This document shows, in pieces, positions 59,244-64,000 of a stretch of DNA of 64,000 bases. The notes beneath the pieces were generated by a model. The model was not told the DNA's origin, ran no database searches, and saw nothing but the letters and a program-made list of their open reading frames with translations. The position numbers and the translations under genes were made by a program. Each line of letters starts with the position of its first letter. The stretch's first letter is position 1. Origin of the DNA: Takakia lepidozioides (Eukaryota > Plantae > Bryophyta). Location of the stretch: the NCBI GenBank assembly GCA_030704615.1, contig CM060731.1, positions 32,116,001-32,180,000 on the forward strand. The letters run 5' to 3'.

Positions 59244-61480
59244 ATGGTAGGGCCACCTTATCGTTCCATCAGCAGAGAAAGGATTCTGTGCGATCTGCAC
59301 TGTTGAAGCCGCCATCTCCTCCAGCTCTAGCTTCCCATTAGTGGCCAATATGTTGAAAAGATCGTCCAAAGTAGTGGGCAACCTGCGCTCACATGCAAGT
59401 TGCAGATAGAAGTGACCAGTACAGTGGAGGTTTTGCAAAAGACAGTTCAACAAACGTGTACCACCGACGAGAGGTTATGATCTTTTTCCTTTGTTCTTGA
59501 TGAGGAGCAAAACTGTATTAAATTTTATGTGGGACACTTCGAATACCCTCTATGTGCAAAGTGCACATCAAGTGGACTCAAAAAGTAGCGATCTGGCGCA
59601 CTGTACAGGATTTAAGGTCGACCACGGCAGAGTTCAAGCTACTTACTTGTACTTGATCTGAGTTGCTGGTTCGTGTGAAATCGTATGCCACAGAGGCCTC
59701 TCAGGGGTTACACGCAGGTTCACGAACTTACTCAATGTCTGGCCTACACCCACCTGCATGGATTGCGAGATACTGTTGCAGGGCACAGTGACCACGATGT
59801 CAACTAGTTTTTCGATGTTGTTCAACTCGTCTTGCTGGATCCAGTTTCCTTGAAAACACTGATCATTTTTTTAGTGCTATCATTAATATGACAAAAGAGA
59901 TAGCAAATTGTTTGACGGTCGTCTTGAAGGACTTTGAGCAGAGTATCAATGTTGCGGCCTTTTAAGTCGCCAGTTGGATGATTGTCCCATACTCCGTCAT
60001 GAAATTGCTTGCCATGGCATGGACGTCACCAATGTGCACAAGCACACGAGTCTTCGAACTCCAGCTAAGAGTTACAACGCGCTCGAGGCCAGAGAAGACG
60101 TCCTCAGCTTCATCGCCACCCTAGTCTGTACGTCAATTGATATAATCATCAGATTCTAACTGTCCATTGAATCAATTTCAGATGGGGAGCTGTGAAAGAG
60201 ACCAAAAAATATATCGTTTGTCATGTTTCATTATCGACTCCGCTACAGATTCCCACCCTCGTAAAGAGAAATGTCTAGAACAGTCTAGCAAGGACATTCT
60301 TCAAATAAGGCCAAACGGGGGCGTAAGATATAATGCTGATAAGTATTATTGGGGAGAAGTAGATCATGGTACAACACCTGCTCTTACTCTTGATAAAGCT
60401 CTGACAAAGACGCTCTCCCGACCCGAAAAATCGTTCGTAAAGTCGCACATCTCAACCTCATCTTTGTCAATCCCTGCATAATCTCTATACGGTACAAAGG
60501 CAACCCGCAACTTCAGATCGGACCATGCCTTCTTGACCTCAGCTGCAATCTCCGTAACTTTCTCCTTTACCGAGTCATTCTTTCGGGAGCGTCTTATCGA
60601 TACTATAATTCAAGATAGGTTACTATACTGCATATAGAGAGGAAAAGCTCTAGAAAATTGTTTTCAGAGATCTTTCATGCAAATTAGTCGAGTTAGAATT
60701 GCCTCGTTATGTGAGGAACATAGATTGTAAGAGAGTTACCTGCATGCTGCCTGTTGCGTCCACCAGGAAGGCGAGATCCGCTCCTGTGACTTGCTTATCA
60801 ATTTCTTCAACTCAATTACTTGTTCGTTCACTTTTTTTTTCCTCTCCTGGCCTGGTGTGGTCGACGTGGGTGCACCAATGCTGCCTTTCAACTTTAATAA
60901 TTCTGCAACCTGCCGCTCTAGGTCTTGGTTTCGCTGGTGAACTGCTACAGATGCTGAGCTGAGGCCTGGAGCTGAGACCTTGAGCTGAGGCCGGGAATGC
61001 GTGGCCGGCATGGGTGCACCGATGCTGCATTTTAACTTTAACTCTGCAAGCTGCCGCTCTAGGTCTTGATTTCTCTGGTGAACTGCTACAGATGCTGCTA
61101 CAGTCGGGTCGTGCATCTTATGAGCATGCATATCCTCAGACTTGTGAGTGCTGTATACAACGATTATTACTGCTCCGGCTCACGTCGACAAACCTTATTA
61201 GGCGACCTTCTTCTGTAGGAACTGTTTAATGTTGTGATTCTCATTGAAATGCTTAGGTATCACACCGCTACAGCATCCAAGAGGCAGCCAAGCTTCAGAG
61301 CTTCCGATCACAAGCCCTAAATGTGCCTATCGTCTTTCTCTTCAATAAATCAGTGTCTTGAATACGTAAACTAGACCAAGGTGGATAGTTAGGACATGAA
61401 GGCCGATACGTACAAGATTTCTTGAGCCGATTGTCTTGGAGTAGTCTAGCCCGCGTGCCTTGAGGTTGAAACAGTGAAGT

Positions 61481-62730
61481 ATGGAGACTATTAGAGAAGG
61501 AACAATTGAAGGGCCTTCACCTAGCACGAGCGCTGACAACAGTACGTCACTGGCCGCCACACGAGTAAATTATCAAGATCGTTCGATTCTTGCAAGCCGG
61601 AGCACTGCTTATTCAGATGCTGAAGTGCAGAAGCGAAATAAGGAGCTTGAGCGGCTAATATTGAGTCTGACTACTGCTGGAGACATTCCAGGCGCCGTGA
61701 CACCAGTTTCTTCCTTTCCACAGCAAGCTGAAGGTTACGAGCCATTGGATGCGAAAGCGAGAGAGAAACCATCAGGAGTCGCAGCTAAATCAACCTCTCC
61801 TCAATCTCAAAATAACCCGCGGAAGAATGACGATCTGAAGCGGCAGAGTGCCAGGATTAACCAACAGCGAAATGAGGTGGGAATTAACTACCCTGATCAA
61901 ATTTGCCTGCAGTAGATTATCAGATGATGATGAAACCCTGTAAGACTTTATTTACAACATGCACAATGGGTGAAAGTGCATAGGATGAGAAGTTCCCAAA
62001 AAGGGGGGGGGGAGGAACAAGAAACAAGAGAAGAAAACAAAAAGCAAAGTAAACAAAGTAGATTATCAGAAGCCCGACTGCCAGAAAGTGGACACTGAAG
62101 GTAAGAGCCAACCCAGGGGCGCCTGTTTCCCTCCGTTCTCCTGCAATTCAACAACGAAATGATGAAATAGAGCGAAAACTTGCGCAGTTAGAAGCAAAGA
62201 AGAATTCCAATAACACGGTCCTTAGTACGCCACTCAAGCAATTCAGCAGCGAAATGTAGAGCTAGAATGGAAACATGCGGGGACAATTGGGACTAGAAGT
62301 GGACAAATCTTCAAGTCCCGTCCACAGTCAATCACAAAACAAAATCTGAAGAGGCCACTTGCGGAGATAAGGGAGAAGGGAAGTAATGAACATTCGCTTA
62401 CAGCACGTCTTCATTATCGATTTCACATGATCCCTTCTTGTAAGTACTGTGTACAAGTAACAGGGCATCAACGGTCTTGACAGTAGAAATACTGAAGAGA
62501 CTCTGTCGCCGGCTTGCAGGTCTACATCGACATGGTAAAGGAGAAAGTGGCGGATATCGCCAATGGCATCAAGAAGGATTACTCGCAGTTAGCGCTGCGT
62601 GTTGCATTTGCACTTTATCGAGACTATGGAGACCGTGCCCAAGATGACGCTGATACCTGCAACTTCACAAGCAGCTTCGAGGATCGAGAAAGTGTCTTCG
62701 TCAGAGCTGTTACAAGAGTGCAGACAGGTG
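61481..62730 (+). pseudogene. Second coiled-coil/vWA paralog, divergently oriented and truncated or disrupted
   Basis: EVQKRNKELERLI resembles VHQRNQDLERQL of the minus copy. Exon ~62520-62728 (VYIDMVKEKVADIANGIKKDYSQLALRVAFALYRDY...RESVFVRAVTRVQ) aligns with the minus-strand vWA exon at 60380-60580. A retro-fragment is inserted at ~61923; no kinase domain is seen in the window. Confidence 0.75.
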
Positions 62731-64000
62731 GTCGATTCGTCCATCGCATACCGTTTCCGTTTTCCCTCATTTTGCAACTAACTTTTCTATGGTCTCGTCA
62801 GAAGGTCCTACATTTCAAGTGAAGGCATAGCTCGTGATCTCGATCTGCTACAATTTGATCCATGTGCATTACTTCGCAGTACTTGCAAATATTTGGCTAA
62901 TGTCTTGATTCCGTGCCACCAGATTTGTGTTATGATTATGGCCTGTTTGCTTTAGTTCTGGTTGAAAATGAAGAGTTGAAGGGCGACTGCAGGTGGGGTC
63001 ATCAGCAACAAAGGTTAAGACTATTTGGTTGGTTCTCTTCTGTAGAAGAGAGACTATGTATCATGTTGAAGTTAATGGAGAAAATGTGGTCAAAAAATCT
63101 TACACAGTGTCAAGGCTCATATGGGTGTGTTGTACTGAGTCATGCCCCTTGGAGTCACCACCCCTTATGTTTTGCCAAAGCAAGGGAGCCCATTGCATTT
63201 GAGGCTAGTTTTATCTGAATACTTTGGGCTTTGCCATCTTTAGGTGGCATCTACTTCCACTGGTGAAATGGGTTAGACTTGGTTTCAAGCCCATTGGTAG
63301 TTTATGGCGCAAGGTCCTAGGCCTCAAAATGAATGAAGTCAAATTGTTCTTAACAAGGGTGACATGTCCTAAACTAGTGAGGACCATGATAACATTGCTA
63401 TGTGGGATGTGTAAATAGTGTAAACCTTTTCTATCAAACCTTTGCTGTGATGTCCTCTCCCATTCTTCATAACTGGACCTTGATCGATGCTCTCTGTGCT
63501 GGCTTCAGTGGCACTGGCTGTGAATTTTTGAGCCCTCCTTCCTCCCCTTCTACCTCTGTCACATCACCTTCCTGTACCTCTCCAACCCTGTCCGCTGTCA
63601 TCTCTTCATTTCTCACTGTCAATTCCGTCGCCCCTCCCCAGAGTCACTTCTGCTAGCCAGCTTGCTGTTCTCAAAATCCCTATCTACAGCTATGTCGCCC
63701 TACTAACGATCCTGAGAGAACAAAAAGAGGTCCAATTCTTTTTTCTTTGCAGGAGCCAGAGCGCCCCCAAGAACCATGGGTCACATGAAGTGTAAATTGT
63801 GCCAACATATGTATTTGGTACTTATGACTACCAAGGGATAATCATACAGCCTCTGTCTGTCTGTCTCTGTCCAGAAAGAGCGCAAGATCCATTGTCTAGA
63901 AGGCTATGGCAAGGGAAGTCATGAGTAGCATCATCCTCCTCCAGTCCTTTTACCTGTTGGAGATGGAACTTTGGACAGTCATAACCTCTCTTGTCCTTCT

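Larger units (their letters stand above)
56503..61131 (-). pseudogene. Coiled-coil + vWA + alpha-kinase (eEF2K/VwkA-like) pseudogene
   Basis: DLAFLVDATGSMQ (MIDAS), LRVAFVPYRDY, GGDEAEDVFSGL..LSWSSKTRVLVHIGD.PCHG (vWA); PFSADGTIRWPYH, VVKRFK, EVQTVAALMAREFN, MEKYLEG..SNN, HAFSHWTY..LMVTDLQG, LRDPA, HQCNNICRILGL (alpha-kinase). Frameshifts near 60780 and 56710 and a MITE in an exon. Confidence 0.88.

Overview
Eukaryotic nuclear DNA from a plant, most likely a non-seed land plant (inferred from PLS-class PPR fragments with an OSB/PDF-like motif, a PsbS remnant, a vWA-alpha-kinase and an RTEX-like LINE; the species cannot be fixed from sequence). Only one clearly intact multi-exon host gene is visible: a KIAA0930/DUF2045 homolog (minus strand, about 35.9-50.7 kb). 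Its putative first intron (~10.8 kb) is packed with head-to-tail LINE copies that insert at TC-rich sites. The rest is a gene/TE graveyard. (i) Scrambled PPR/OSB-motif fragments lie at 0.35-5.7 kb (+) and 18.8-20.5 kb (-). (ii) One L1-type LINE is split into two oppositely oriented halves (5772-8669 +, 20870-24233 -). The halves share an 11-bp duplication and each abuts a similar TIR-like end, which points to a transposon-linked inversion of 15 kb or more. (iii) A ~5-kb tandem duplication carries a divergent double-AP2 gene remnant, a variable minisatellite and an intact stand-alone DIRS-type RNase H ORF; a third AP2 remnant and a third RNase H copy lie in the inverted block. (iv) A PsbS pseudogene and (v) a head-to-head pair of coiled-coil/vWA(-alpha-kinase) pseudogenes occupy the right end. 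(vi) CACTA, hAT and Stowaway-like MITEs and a tRNA-derived SINE are present, most with readable TSDs. All family calls come from motif recognition by eye, not from database searches.
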